The notes beneath the pieces were generated by a model. That model saw only the letters and a program-made list of their open reading frames with translations, did no database searches and had not been told where the DNA came from. 64,000 nt of DNA from an uncultured archaeon (GTDB lineage Archaea; Iainarchaeota; Iainarchaeia; Iainarchaeales; VGJJ01): positions 22,254 through 86,253 of the forward strand of contig CAYZPC010000002.1 in NCBI GenBank assembly GCA_964480705.1, read 5' to 3'. Positions 27,891 through 37,305 of the stretch are shown here, in pieces. The translations under genes and the position numbers were made by a program. How positions within the stretch are numbered: the stretch's first letter is position 1; each line of letters opens with the position of its first letter.

Positions 27891-28691
27891 TTACTGTTTT
27901 CGTCCGCGCCAGGCAAATATGCCAAACACAAGGAGCACGAGCAGTCCTAACCAGGGTAGGTTGGCGCCGGTGAATAGTCCTGTGAGTGATGCAGTGGTTG
28001 CCGCGGGGGCGGGAGCAAATACTTCTTCTGGAACACTTCTTCCATCGGCCTGTCCAATGATGAGGGGATTAGGACCCGTTTCGGTTAGTTCGATGGGAAT
28101 AGGATTAGTCACGAGTGTCCCTGCGCTTGGATTGCTCGGCTTCACCGGGCCCACGACCCATAATGGGTTGAATGAAAAGAGCGGGGTGAATTCTTCTTCC
28201 GGAGAATTTTCTTCGGGTTGAATTGGGGGCTCGGGCTGCGGCTGGCAGAATACCGTATCGGCTGCTAAGCATGGATCAATGGGGCATCCGATAGTGTCAC
28301 TGACAGTACATGGTGCAGGAGATGGAGGCACGGGTCCGACGGGCACACACCCGCCAGGAACAGTGCACGGGTCATTATTTCCGGTCGAAACTATTTTGGG
28401 AGTGCGGTGTTTTCGTCCCGACTCTGCCGGAACTATTTCTACCGCGTCAACAGCAGAATCATTTATCGAATTAATTTTACTTTCATTTTGTTTTTCATCT
28501 ACGGTTTCATTTTCATTTATTTTTTCAGTTGAGTTTGTTGTTTCACTCGCGTCAGAAGAATTAGTTTCCGAAGGTGTTGCTTCGTTTTCTGCTGACGAGG
28601 AAGTAGCGTCGCTGGTCACTTCTTGCGCGTGAACAGTGGAGAATAGTGTCGCCATCACAAGTAATAGAATTACAAATGTTATTTGTCTCAT
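27891..28691 (-). CDS. secreted Cys/Pro-rich surface protein with C-terminal TM anchor
   Basis: Signal peptide MRQITF...VHA; Ser/Thr/Glu linker; six-Cys Pro-rich segment; LTGLF then TM helix and RGRKQ; GGAGG SD before 28691. Confidence 0.75.
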   Translation of the reverse strand: MRQITFVILLLVMATLFSTVHAQEVTSDATSSSAENEATPSETNSSDASETTNSTEKINENETVDEKQNESKINSINDSAVDAVEIVPAESGRKHRTPKIVSTGNNDPCTVPGGCVPVGPVPPSPAPCTVSDTIGCPIDPCLAADTVFCQPQPEPPIQPEENSPEEEFTPLFSFNPLWVVGPVKPSNPSAGTLVTNPIPIELTETGPNPLIIGQADGRSVPEEVFAPAPAATTASLTGLFTGANLPWLGLLVLLVFGIFAWRGRKQ

Positions 28692-28778
28692 GCAATTACC
28701 TCCAGTAATATACCGAGTGTGCGTCAATACCTGTTTTAATGAATCGGAAAAATGGTCGTATTAAGTGCGTTAACTCGC

Positions 28779-29723
28779 TTACCATTTTCCTCCGGCTCCA
28801 CCGCCGCCACTCATTCCTCCGCCGAAGCCTCCGCCTCCTCCTCCAAATCCGCCCGTTCCTCCAAACCCACCTCTGCCAAATCCTCCGAATCCAGTTCCAG
28901 ATGTTGCGGCGGCAGCCAAACTGGTTACGAGAGGATGTCCTGTGATGACAAAATAGAGAAAAATAAGCGCCACGGCGGTGAGACCGTAGAATGTTCCAAA
29001 TAGAAAAAGAGTAACAAAACCAATGAAGCCCGTCATCCATATTCCCATGAAGAAAAGCAAAAAGGCGTTAGGGATAATGAGCGCACGCGGCAGGGATTTT
29101 TTTTGAATTGTTTGATAGATGCGAAACAGCGCGGCGAAAAATAAAATAATCACTGCAAAAATAAGTGTGAAACCCAATCCGAATAATTCACTATTTTCAA
29201 ACGGGTCTGTTTCCTCATACTTTGACACCACGCTCGGATCATTTCGAATGTATGATTCCGCTTCACTCACTACCGCATTAATTCCATTCCCGTATTCTCC
29301 TGCACGAAAATTCGGAACCAAAATCTCTCGGCCCATTCGGCCTAACACAATGTCGGGCAACGTTCCTTCCAAACCATACCCTGTTTGAAAAAAATATTCG
29401 CGGTCATTTAGTGAAACGAGAATCAGCAGTCCATTATCCACGTCCGCTTGTCCAATTTTCCATGTGTCAAATACGCGTCCGGCGTAGAGAGAAACATCTT
29501 CCCCCTCCAGTGAGGGAATGGTAAGCACGGCAATCTCCACACTCGTATCTGTTTCTAATTGCTGCAAGCGTTGCTCGAGCGCGCTTTCGTATTCTCGCAA
29601 TATTCCCGCGTCATCGCGCACAAAACCATCCGGAGATGGAACATCGAGCGCGTGCACGCTGGATAATGTAAAAAGTGAAATGAAAATAAAAAAAAGAATA
29701 AGGGGAATGTTTTTCACAAACAT
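28779..29723 (-). CDS. TPM-domain (YgcG-like) membrane protein
   Basis: V.DDAGIL, EIAVLTIPSL, WKIG...DNGLLILV, TGYGLEG.LPD; FGGG.SGGGGAGGKW tail. Confidence 0.93.
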   Translation of the reverse strand: MFVKNIPLILFFIFISLFTLSSVHALDVPSPDGFVRDDAGILREYESALEQRLQQLETDTSVEIAVLTIPSLEGEDVSLYAGRVFDTWKIGQADVDNGLLILVSLNDREYFFQTGYGLEGTLPDIVLGRMGREILVPNFRAGEYGNGINAVVSEAESYIRNDPSVVSKYEETDPFENSELFGLGFTLIFAVIILFFAALFRIYQTIQKKSLPRALIIPNAFLLFFMGIWMTGFIGFVTLFLFGTFYGLTAVALIFLYFVITGHPLVTSLAAAATSGTGFGGFGRGGFGGTGGFGGGGGGFGGGMSGGGGAGGKW

Positions 29724-29729
29724 TCCTCC

Positions 29730-30323
29730 TTACGAAAAGTCGCTTGGAACCGTTGGAACGGTGCTCGCTCCTTCATCTGATTTGAAGAAGGGTTTGGGCG
29801 CATTTCCACCTACAAAAATACTATTGGGAATGAGAGAAATGTAGATGTTGTATTCTCCCACCGTCTCGTTGTAGCGTGTGCGTTCCGTGCTGATGCGATT
29901 TTCCGTTCCTTCTAATTGCACCATCAAATCTTGAAACGCGGCAGTGGCTTTCAACTCGGGATAATTTTCCGTAATCACGAGCAATTTTGAAAGTGTTGAC
30001 TCAAATTGATTCGCCGTGTTGATTCGGTCATTCACATTTGTTTGTGTTTGCCACTGCGAGCGCAATGCTGTTAATTCAGTAAGCGTATCTTGCTCAAATC
30101 CTGCAACGCCTTTTACTGTGTTCACTAAATTTGGAATTAAATCGAAGCGTCGTTGATATTGTACTTCTACATTTGCCCATGCCCCGTTCACTTGTTGTTC
30201 GCGGATGGTTTCTCCATTGTATATTCCTACAACCCACATTCCAAGAATGAGTACGATAACAATTCCCGCGGCCAATGGTGCCCAGGATGGTAGTTGATTA
30301 TTTTTTTCAGCCATGATTAACAC
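29730..30323 (-). CDS. lemA: LemA family protein
   Basis: N-terminal TM; WANVEVQYQRRFDLIPNLV; ENYPELKA; LEGTENRI..ER.RYN. Confidence 0.96.
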   Translation of the reverse strand: MLIMAEKNNQLPSWAPLAAGIVIVLILGMWVVGIYNGETIREQQVNGAWANVEVQYQRRFDLIPNLVNTVKGVAGFEQDTLTELTALRSQWQTQTNVNDRINTANQFESTLSKLLVITENYPELKATAAFQDLMVQLEGTENRISTERTRYNETVGEYNIYISLIPNSIFVGGNAPKPFFKSDEGASTVPTVPSDFS

Positions 30324-30388
30324 CCCTTACAGTAGCACTGTGTTTTCAGTGTTAAAAAATGGCGGGGTAAAATGCGATAAAAAGAGTG

Positions 30389-30424
30389 AAAAAAAAGATA
30401 AGGATGGGCTTTCGCCCATTCCTT
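30389..30424 (-). terminator. hairpin (GAAA loop) plus U-tract
   Basis: ATGGGC-GAAA-GCCCAT then T8 on the minus strand, after the stop at 30438. Confidence 0.6.
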
Positions 30425-30437
30425 GTTTTATTTTAAT

Positions 30438-30785
30438 TTAATGACCGGAGGCCATATTCCACACGGCTTTGATTCCCACAATTACTGCGGCGGGAGCCAT
30501 GAGGCTGGCGATGTTGGCGAAGATGCTTCCGAGCATGCTTCCAACCGTCGGGATGAGAGCCCAATTAACGCTTCCTGCTACGAGCAATGCGACCACTGCC
30601 ACTAAGAAGGATGTAATTTCTTTGTCGCTAATATTGAGCAATCCGATGATGATTCCCAAAATGACGAAGACTAATGGCAAGGTACTGGCAAATCCGCCAA
30701 AGACACCTGAACCCAAGAGTCCGATAATGATGGCCAACACCACTCCGATGATGAAAGCCCAAGAACCGTATTTTTGATCGATCAT
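30438..30785 (-). CDS. small 4-TM hypothetical membrane protein
   Basis: Four hydrophobic segments; GLLNISDKE loop; PAA motif; GGAGGTG SD before ATG 30785. Confidence 0.8.
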   Translation of the reverse strand: MIDQKYGSWAFIIGVVLAIIIGLLGSGVFGGFASTLPLVFVILGIIIGLLNISDKEITSFLVAVVALLVAGSVNWALIPTVGSMLGSIFANIASLMAPAAVIVGIKAVWNMASGH

Positions 30786-30974
30786 GGTTGAGACACCTCC
30801 TCGTGTCAAACTAAACTAACCCTGCAAGTGATGGTTTAAAAGAAAAACGTCAAACGCACAACTATTGTTCGGCGATGGGCGTAATTATGTGGTTAGTTAA
30901 TGATGCAAAAAAATGTAAATATTCGAAGAAGACGATAAAAAAAATAGTTAAAAAAAATTAGAATAAAATCGACT

Positions 30975-31286
30975 TCACTTGTCTTTGAAATCGATTTTGA
31001 TTTGAACATCTTCGGGAATGTCAATTCGCATTACTCGGCGTAACGTACGATCGTCTGATTCGACATCGATCATTCGCTTGTGCACGCGCATCTGCCATCG
31101 CTCATATGTTTCTGTTCCACCGCCACAAGGTGACTTGCGCGTGGGGATGAGCAATTTTTTCGTGGGCAAGGGGATAACACCCGAGTGTTTTACTCCGGTT
31201 TTATCCGCAACGTCCACAATTTTTCCGCAGATGTCGGACAAGGTGTCGTAGCTCGGGCTTGTTAATGTGATTCGGGCTTTTTGCAT
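30975..31286 (-). CDS. rps10: 30S ribosomal protein uS10
   Basis: IPLPTK, TRKSPCGGGT.T.ERWQMRVHKR. Confidence 0.98.
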   Translation of the reverse strand: MQKARITLTSPSYDTLSDICGKIVDVADKTGVKHSGVIPLPTKKLLIPTRKSPCGGGTETYERWQMRVHKRMIDVESDDRTLRRVMRIDIPEDVQIKIDFKDK

Positions 31287-31323
31287 ATCAGTTTCACCTT
31301 GTTCCGTTTTTCATCCAAAGAAA

Positions 31324-32592
31324 TTATTCGCGGGGCGTGACCTTCAACACGACTCCCGCTGCGACTGTTTGTCCCATGTCTCGAACAGCAAATCGTCCGA
31401 GCGAGGGGAAGAGTTTGAATTCTTCAACCACCAAAGGCTTCTGCGGAATGATTTTCACTAACGCAGCGTCTCCGGCTTTCAAGAACTTGGGGTTCTCTTC
31501 TTGCACGGCACCCGTCTTCGGGTCCATTCGCTTCTTCAATTCTGCTAATGTGCAGGACATCTGAGCGGTGTGCATGTGGAACACAGGCGTGTATCCCACA
31601 GGGATGGCTGTCGGATGGTTCAACACGACAATTTGGGCTTCGAAGTCTTTCGCAACCATAGGGGGGTGTGTTTGGTGTCCAACCACATCTCCGCGGTTAC
31701 AATCCTTTCGTTCCAATCCACGCACGTTGAATCCGATGTTGTCACCGGGAAGTGCTTGCGGTAATTGTTCGTGGTGGGCTTCAAGAGACTTGACTTCTCC
31801 GACTGCCTTTGAGGGCATGAAGATAATCTTGTCGTTGGGCTTGATGATTCCCGTTTCTACTCGTCCAACAGGCACTGTTCCAACTCCCTTAATGGAGTAG
31901 ACATCCTGAATGGGCAAGCGCAAGGGCTTGTCGGTAGGCAATTTTGGAGCGGACAATGAATCCAATCGTTCTAACAACGTGGGACCGGTGTACCAGGGCA
32001 TGTTGGTGCTTTTCTTAGCAACATTATCTCCCATCCACGCGGACACGGGGACGACTAAGAATTGTTCGTCGCGGAATCCGGCCATCTTTACAAGTTTGGT
32101 GGCTTCTTCTTTCACGCGTTTGAAGTCTTCTTCTTTGTATCCCATTTCATCCATCTTGTTGATGGCAACGGTGAGTTGTTTGATTCCCATCACGTTGGCC
32201 AAGAAAGCGTGTTCCTTGGTTTGCATCTGAGGACCGTCTTTACACGAGATAACCAAAACAGCGGCATCTGCTTGAGATGTTCCTGTAATCATGTTCTTGA
32301 CGAAGTCTCTGTGTCCAGGCGCGTCAATAATCGTGAAGTTGTTGTTCTTTCCAGCAAATTTCTTGTAGGAAACGTCAATCGTAACTCCGCGTTCGCGTTC
32401 TTCTTTCAAATTATCCATGACGTAAGCGAAGGCAAATGAACCTTTTCCTCGGGCATCGGCTTCTTCCTTAATTTTGCGGTATTCGTTTTCCGCTAATGCT
32501 CCTGAATCGTACAGGAATCGTCCAACTAATGTGGATTTACCATGGTCGACGTGACCAATGAAAATTAAATTGATATGGGGCTTTTCTGCCAT
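31324..32592 (-). CDS. tuf: elongation factor 1-alpha
   Basis: [39 protein letters not shown]. Confidence 0.99.
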   Translation of the reverse strand: MAEKPHINLIFIGHVDHGKSTLVGRFLYDSGALAENEYRKIKEEADARGKGSFAFAYVMDNLKEERERGVTIDVSYKKFAGKNNNFTIIDAPGHRDFVKNMITGTSQADAAVLVISCKDGPQMQTKEHAFLANVMGIKQLTVAINKMDEMGYKEEDFKRVKEEATKLVKMAGFRDEQFLVVPVSAWMGDNVAKKSTNMPWYTGPTLLERLDSLSAPKLPTDKPLRLPIQDVYSIKGVGTVPVGRVETGIIKPNDKIIFMPSKAVGEVKSLEAHHEQLPQALPGDNIGFNVRGLERKDCNRGDVVGHQTHPPMVAKDFEAQIVVLNHPTAIPVGYTPVFHMHTAQMSCTLAELKKRMDPKTGAVQEENPKFLKAGDAALVKIIPQKPLVVEEFKLFPSLGRFAVRDMGQTVAAGVVLKVTPRE

Positions 32593-32665
32593 TTTTTATT
32601 CCTCCAGAACCTTTTTGTTGTTTGCAACCAACACTAAAGGGGAATTGCCACCCTTTCCGGCGCGG

Positions 32666-32698
32666 TATAAAACAAAAACCCCGGGCAACCATTTAAAT
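32666..32698 (-). promoter_or_regulatory. candidate internal promoter(s) for tuf
   Basis: ATTTAAAT (32691-32698) and TTTTATA (32666-32672) upstream of tuf. Confidence 0.4.
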
Positions 32699-32740
32699 AG
32701 GTAATGGGCGCAAAACGCGCAAAAGACCTTCCAAAGAAGG

Positions 32741-34237
32741 TTAGGGAGCCAATTTAGTAAATGTCACGGGCACCCGTACGAGGTTTCGGCGCAAGCCCCA
32801 CCCGCCCGGGTTGTGATTGTCTTGGTTCTGCATCCAGTACAAATACACCGTGTCATTGGCCGTTTCAAAATTTCGGCTCGTGGAATCGTGGTCGATGATA
32901 GATGGATATGCTTCTTGGTCGATGCTCAATGCTTGCTGGGCGAGTGTGGGGTTGTCGCACGGCGGCCATCCTAAAACGGTTTCACGCAACAAGTGGGGTT
33001 TGCTCCACGTGATCAAATCACTAGACAGAATATACCAGAATCCGCACGTCAAAACCCCTGCGTCATTGTTCAACGTAGCTGCGCCCACGATCATGTACCG
33101 TTGCAAATACGTGTTGTACGTCAAGCTTCCATTCAGCGAACCATTTTTGGGCAGCACCACGGGAGTACAGAATAAATCCTGCGGATTTGCCGGTTCATTC
33201 GGATACGGATTAGTAAGTGGAATCGAAAAACTTTCTCCATTCCAAAATTTCCAGGAGGAAGGATCGCTCAAATTATTCGTGCGCATCACACACGCCACAT
33301 CATCTCCTCCTTTTGGATTAGACAAGCGCCGCACCATCGCGTAATAGAATCCATCTTCTCGTTTCACAATGGTGGAGGGTTCCATGTACCCGTACGGCGC
33401 GGGTCGGTCAAATTTTTGCAAGCGCTGATTGTAATTTCCCGAGTTCGCATCCCACTGCAGAGGGAGGATGGCCACCAAATGGTTGGGGCTGGTAGGTTGA
33501 GTAAACGTGTGTCCGCCGTCCGTTGAGCGCGCGTAGGAAATAAAATTATACCAGCATCGGTTGCTCGGATCGGTAACACCAGGCAGGCACAATGGAGAGT
33601 AGGGGTCGTGATACTCGTTGTGCACGAGCGCATGAATGGTTTTTCCATCTTCCGTGTATGTGGGACCGACCCACTCTTGATGGTCAAATGTTTCAACCGG
33701 CCATTTATCTCCGCTGCGCAGCACGGGTGTGCAGTCTCGGTGCAAATCATTGAAAGTAGTGCCGTACATCCAATAATTATCCGGCGCGTTTCCTGATGCG
33801 AGAACTAATTCTCCGAGATGATTGCGAAAGGGATGCGCCACCATGTCGGGCAAATCCATTTGAGCGCACGCATCTTCTTGATAATCAAAAACCGTTTCTT
33901 CGCTACCGAGGGTGAGCGTGAGTGGAACATCCGCAGCTTCTTCTGGAGTAATCACACGGCAGTCTGCGGCGCATAATATTTCATTTTCAATTCCTTCGCA
34001 CACACCATCTCCGCACACGGGAACGGGTGGAGAAACACACGTTTGAATAGTAGCAGGTTTGTTCACGGTTGTTCCGCAGGCATTGGCATCCGAGCATGCG
34101 CGTGTTTGAGAATTATTTTCGCAGGTTGACCAATCGTTACACGACCAATTTTCCGTACATGATTCCGGCGGCGTCACGCATCCGGAAATAAAAATGAGTA
34201 AAATGAATGAAAAAAATAGAATGGGGCGCGGGAACAT
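32741..34237 (-). CDS. secreted/lipid-anchored protein: Cys-rich modules plus Asp-box beta-propeller (glycoside hydrolase-like)
   Basis: Signal peptide ending ISGC; C.ENWSC..WS.C...QTR.C module; CGDGVC..E..C..DC module; Asp-boxes STDGGHTF and SSDLITW; start moved to ATG 34237. Confidence 0.8.
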   Translation of the reverse strand: MFPRPILFFSFILLIFISGCVTPPESCTENWSCNDWSTCENNSQTRACSDANACGTTVNKPATIQTCVSPPVPVCGDGVCEGIENEILCAADCRVITPEEAADVPLTLTLGSEETVFDYQEDACAQMDLPDMVAHPFRNHLGELVLASGNAPDNYWMYGTTFNDLHRDCTPVLRSGDKWPVETFDHQEWVGPTYTEDGKTIHALVHNEYHDPYSPLCLPGVTDPSNRCWYNFISYARSTDGGHTFTQPTSPNHLVAILPLQWDANSGNYNQRLQKFDRPAPYGYMEPSTIVKREDGFYYAMVRRLSNPKGGDDVACVMRTNNLSDPSSWKFWNGESFSIPLTNPYPNEPANPQDLFCTPVVLPKNGSLNGSLTYNTYLQRYMIVGAATLNNDAGVLTCGFWYILSSDLITWSKPHLLRETVLGWPPCDNPTLAQQALSIDQEAYPSIIDHDSTSRNFETANDTVYLYWMQNQDNHNPGGWGLRRNLVRVPVTFTKLAP

Positions 34238-34274
34238 GAGTGTTCCACGCGCTCCCTGATTATTAATGCTTGCT

Positions 34275-36467
34275 TTATTCGAGGAAGAAATGATACGCCT
34301 TGACTTCGGGGTCCATTCCTTTTCGCTTTCGCACTTCTTCAACCGTTTTGCGCTGCAATTCAGGAGGCAAAATTTCATATCCGTGATATTCAGCTGTCCA
34401 AATAACACGTCCTTGTGCCGCACCACGAATGGCTTGAGAGAATCCAATTAATTCTTTCACGGGCGCGAGTCCAATAATAATCGTCGCGTCTCCTTCGTTT
34501 TTGATTTCAGTGATTTGCGTGCGTCGCTGCTGCAATTCTTTACTCACGGCACCCATGTATTCTTCAGGGGTGGTGATTGTGAGCAATTGTTTTGGTTCTT
34601 GCAACACTGCTTTGGCCGCGAGCATACACGCGAAAATCGTGCGTGACACCACTGGAATAATTTGCGAGGGACCGCGATGGATAGCGTCTTCGTGGAGTTT
34701 TGCATCCACTAATGTGACCTTCACGCCGTGGACTTCTTCCTTGGCAAGAGGGCCGCCGTGCATAGCTTCTTGGAATCCCTGAATCACGAGTTCGCGGATT
34801 TCGTGCAAGGCTTGAATTCCTTTGGTTCCATCCACGAGCAAATTGTAGTTTTCAATCGCCCATACTTTTTTGGATTCGTCAATGTCGATTCCCGCATTCT
34901 GGAATTTTTCAATCCATTCTTTGTCTTTCAACTTGACTTTTCCTTGAACTTTGTTTTCAATTAACTTGTTTTGAATTTCGGCAGGAATGGGTTCAACCAT
35001 CATCAACAATTTGTTGTGCTTGTTGGGAGACTTTCCTTCCAATTCGGGAGAAGTTCCTGTGATGGTTTCGTGATACACCACAATCGGCGGAGACACGGTA
35101 ATTCCAACGCCGTGTGTTTTCTCAATACGGTATTGGTTGATTTCCAAGTGCAATTCTCCCATTCCCGAAAGTAAATGTTCTCCGGTTGTTTGGTTGATGC
35201 TTGCTCGAAGGTTAGGGTCTTCTTTCGTGAGCTGTCGAATCACTTCAATCAACTTAGGCAAGTCCTTTGTTTGCTTGGCTTCGATTGAAACCGTAATAAC
35301 CGGTTCAACGTTTGTTTTGAATGATTCAAATTCGCGCATTTCTTCTTCAGCAACGGTTTGTCCAGCGTATGCTTCGCGCAAACCCACAATCGCTCCAATG
35401 GAGCCGGCAGGAATGGCTTCTACTTCCACGAATTCGGGCCCCATGTACACTCCCACGCGGTTAATCTGAGCTTCTTTTTGCGACCCAACGAGTTTCACTT
35501 TCACTCCTTTTTTGAGTGTTCCAGAGTACACGCGTCCAGTGGCAATGTCTCCCGCGTGCGGGTCTACTGAAACATCGGTAACCATCATGGCAACGGGACC
35601 ATTTTGGTTGCATGCAATCATGGACTTTCCAACTTCACTTTCTTGTTCGCCTGTCCAAATAACGGGTGTGCGGTATTTTTGTGCTTCCGTGGGGTTGGGC
35701 AAATGTTTGACGACCATTTCAAAGATGGTGTCTTCGAGCGGTGATTTTTGTGCCAATTCTTTTTGCTTGTCTGTTTTCATTAAATCGTACACTTGTTTGA
35801 AATTAATTCCCGTGCGTGCCATGGAGGTGATGGACACAGCCCAGTGGTTGTATGCACTACCAAAGCAAACGCTTCCATTTCCGGGATTGACTTGCCATAA
35901 TTCTTCTTTTCCGGCGGGGGCGTTTTTTCGAATGAGATTGTTAACTTGTGTGATTGTTTTCACGAAGCGTTTTTGCATTTCGGCTTCATCCACTTGCAAT
36001 TCGTTGATGAGTCGGTCCACTTTGTTGATGAACAAGGTGGGTTTGACATTTTCGCGCAATGCTTGTCGAATAACGGTTTCGGTTTGAGGCATGACTCCTT
36101 CAACCGAGTCCACGACCAGAATGACTCCGTCCACGGCTCGCATGGCTCGGATAACTTCTCCACCGAAGTCCACGTGTCCGGGCGTGTCAATTAAGTTGAG
36201 CAAATATTGTTTTCCGTGCACCGTGGGAACAAGTGAGATGTTTGCCGCGTTGATGGTGATTCCGCGTTCTTGTTCTTGATCTTCAAAATCCATGAACTGC
36301 TGCTTTCCAGCGAGTTCTTTGTTGATGAGTCCGGCAGCCGCGATGAGGTTGTCAGAGAGAGTTGTCTTACCGTGATCGATGTGGGCAACGATTCCTAAGT
36401 TTCGGACATCTTGCTGTCCACCCATCAGTTTTTGTGCGGCTGCGGCCATTTCTTCTTTTCGACCCAT
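34275..36467 (-). CDS. fusA: elongation factor 2
   Basis: AHIDHGKTTLSD, ERGITI, DTPGHVDF, NKVD, GMGELHLE; diphthamide loop LHEDAIHRG intact. Confidence 0.99.
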   Translation of the reverse strand: MGRKEEMAAAAQKLMGGQQDVRNLGIVAHIDHGKTTLSDNLIAAAGLINKELAGKQQFMDFEDQEQERGITINAANISLVPTVHGKQYLLNLIDTPGHVDFGGEVIRAMRAVDGVILVVDSVEGVMPQTETVIRQALRENVKPTLFINKVDRLINELQVDEAEMQKRFVKTITQVNNLIRKNAPAGKEELWQVNPGNGSVCFGSAYNHWAVSITSMARTGINFKQVYDLMKTDKQKELAQKSPLEDTIFEMVVKHLPNPTEAQKYRTPVIWTGEQESEVGKSMIACNQNGPVAMMVTDVSVDPHAGDIATGRVYSGTLKKGVKVKLVGSQKEAQINRVGVYMGPEFVEVEAIPAGSIGAIVGLREAYAGQTVAEEEMREFESFKTNVEPVITVSIEAKQTKDLPKLIEVIRQLTKEDPNLRASINQTTGEHLLSGMGELHLEINQYRIEKTHGVGITVSPPIVVYHETITGTSPELEGKSPNKHNKLLMMVEPIPAEIQNKLIENKVQGKVKLKDKEWIEKFQNAGIDIDESKKVWAIENYNLLVDGTKGIQALHEIRELVIQGFQEAMHGGPLAKEEVHGVKVTLVDAKLHEDAIHRGPSQIIPVVSRTIFACMLAAKAVLQEPKQLLTITTPEEYMGAVSKELQQRRTQITEIKNEGDATIIIGLAPVKELIGFSQAIRGAAQGRVIWTAEYHGYEILPPELQRKTVEEVRKRKGMDPEVKAYHFFLE

Positions 36468-36616
36468 CGTAAATCACATCTCCAATCTTGAAACAAGTTT
36501 CCCCAAAAGGGGGGTTCAATACTCTAAAAGCCCGGAAGAACGTTTTTAAACGCGTGGCCAAGCCTGGCGAAAAAAACAAAATACTCCAAAACGCTGGCGT
36601 GTTTATCGCGCAGCCA

Positions 36617-36682
36617 TTTGGTTAAGCTTTGCTCGCAAAGGTTGTCGCGAAGCCTTTTGATTAAACTTTTTCTAAAAGTTTA
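36617..36682 (-). repeat. two tandem short palindromic elements, copies C and D
   Basis: TAAACTTTT-AGA-AAAAGTTTA-ATCAAAA (starts at the rps7 stop) and AACCTTTGC-GA-GCAAAGCTT-AACCAAA. Confidence 0.65.
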
Positions 36683-37285
36683 TCGTGAGGCGAGTGCGAT
36701 TCGCTCAACTTCATTGCGGCGTTTGATGGACATCGCGTTGTTGTCGTCTTTCGCGGCTTGAACAAGTTCTTTGGCCAATGCTTCGGCGGCAGAGGTGTTG
36801 TTGTTGAAGCTTCCGTAGAATCCGGCGAGTGCAATGTTTTTCACACTTTCATCGACGCGTTTCATGGGTGCCACATCCACGGCTTGAGAGTAAGCGACTC
36901 CGCCTTTCTTCAATCGTGTAATGTCTTCGCGAGGGGCAGCGTTTTCGACTGCGCGCACGAGAATTTGTACCGGATTTTCTTTCGTTTGAGCGTGAACAAT
37001 ATCAAAAGCATCTTCTACAATGCGCATGGCTTGTAATTTTTTTCCGCAGCTTCCTCGACCGCGAATATATTTTCCGGAGAGTTTGCGTTTTCCTTGACCG
37101 GAGCGCATAATCTTGTTGACTAAACGTTCAACAATGTTGATTTTTTCTTTTCCAAATGCGCGTGTGGCACCTTTTCCGAATGTGTGGGGAACAATTTTAG
37201 GATTGAGAGCGATTTGTCGGACGAGTGTCTGGTCCTTCATCGTGATTCCGGTCACTTCCCATTTTCCAAAAACTTTTGTTTCCAT
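36680..37285 (-). CDS. rps7: 30S ribosomal protein uS7
   Basis: FGKW, IVERL.NK.M, ENP.QILVRA.ENAAPRE, AVDVAP.KR, ERIA.ASR; alternative GTG start at 37294. Confidence 0.98.
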   Translation of the reverse strand: METKVFGKWEVTGITMKDQTLVRQIALNPKIVPHTFGKGATRAFGKEKINIVERLVNKIMRSGQGKRKLSGKYIRGRGSCGKKLQAMRIVEDAFDIVHAQTKENPVQILVRAVENAAPREDITRLKKGGVAYSQAVDVAPMKRVDESVKNIALAGFYGSFNNNTSAAEALAKELVQAAKDDNNAMSIKRRNEVERIALASR

Positions 37286-37305
37286 GATTTTCACACTCTC
37301 AACAA

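Noticed and set aside
28782..28900. Gly-rich repeat at the end of the TPM gene
   Set aside because: Standard feature of YgcG/TPM proteins
34238..34447. N-terminal extension of the 568-aa ORF overlapping fusA
   Set aside because: Out-of-frame overlap with the EF-2 3' end; the signal peptide begins at ATG 34237
34670..34700. Possible loss of the EF-2 diphthamide site
   Set aside because: LHEDAIHRG retains the target His
5758..36682. Palindromic repeats as a CRISPR array or IS ends
   Set aside because: Dispersed, not regularly spaced, non-identical; no cas or transposase gene in the window
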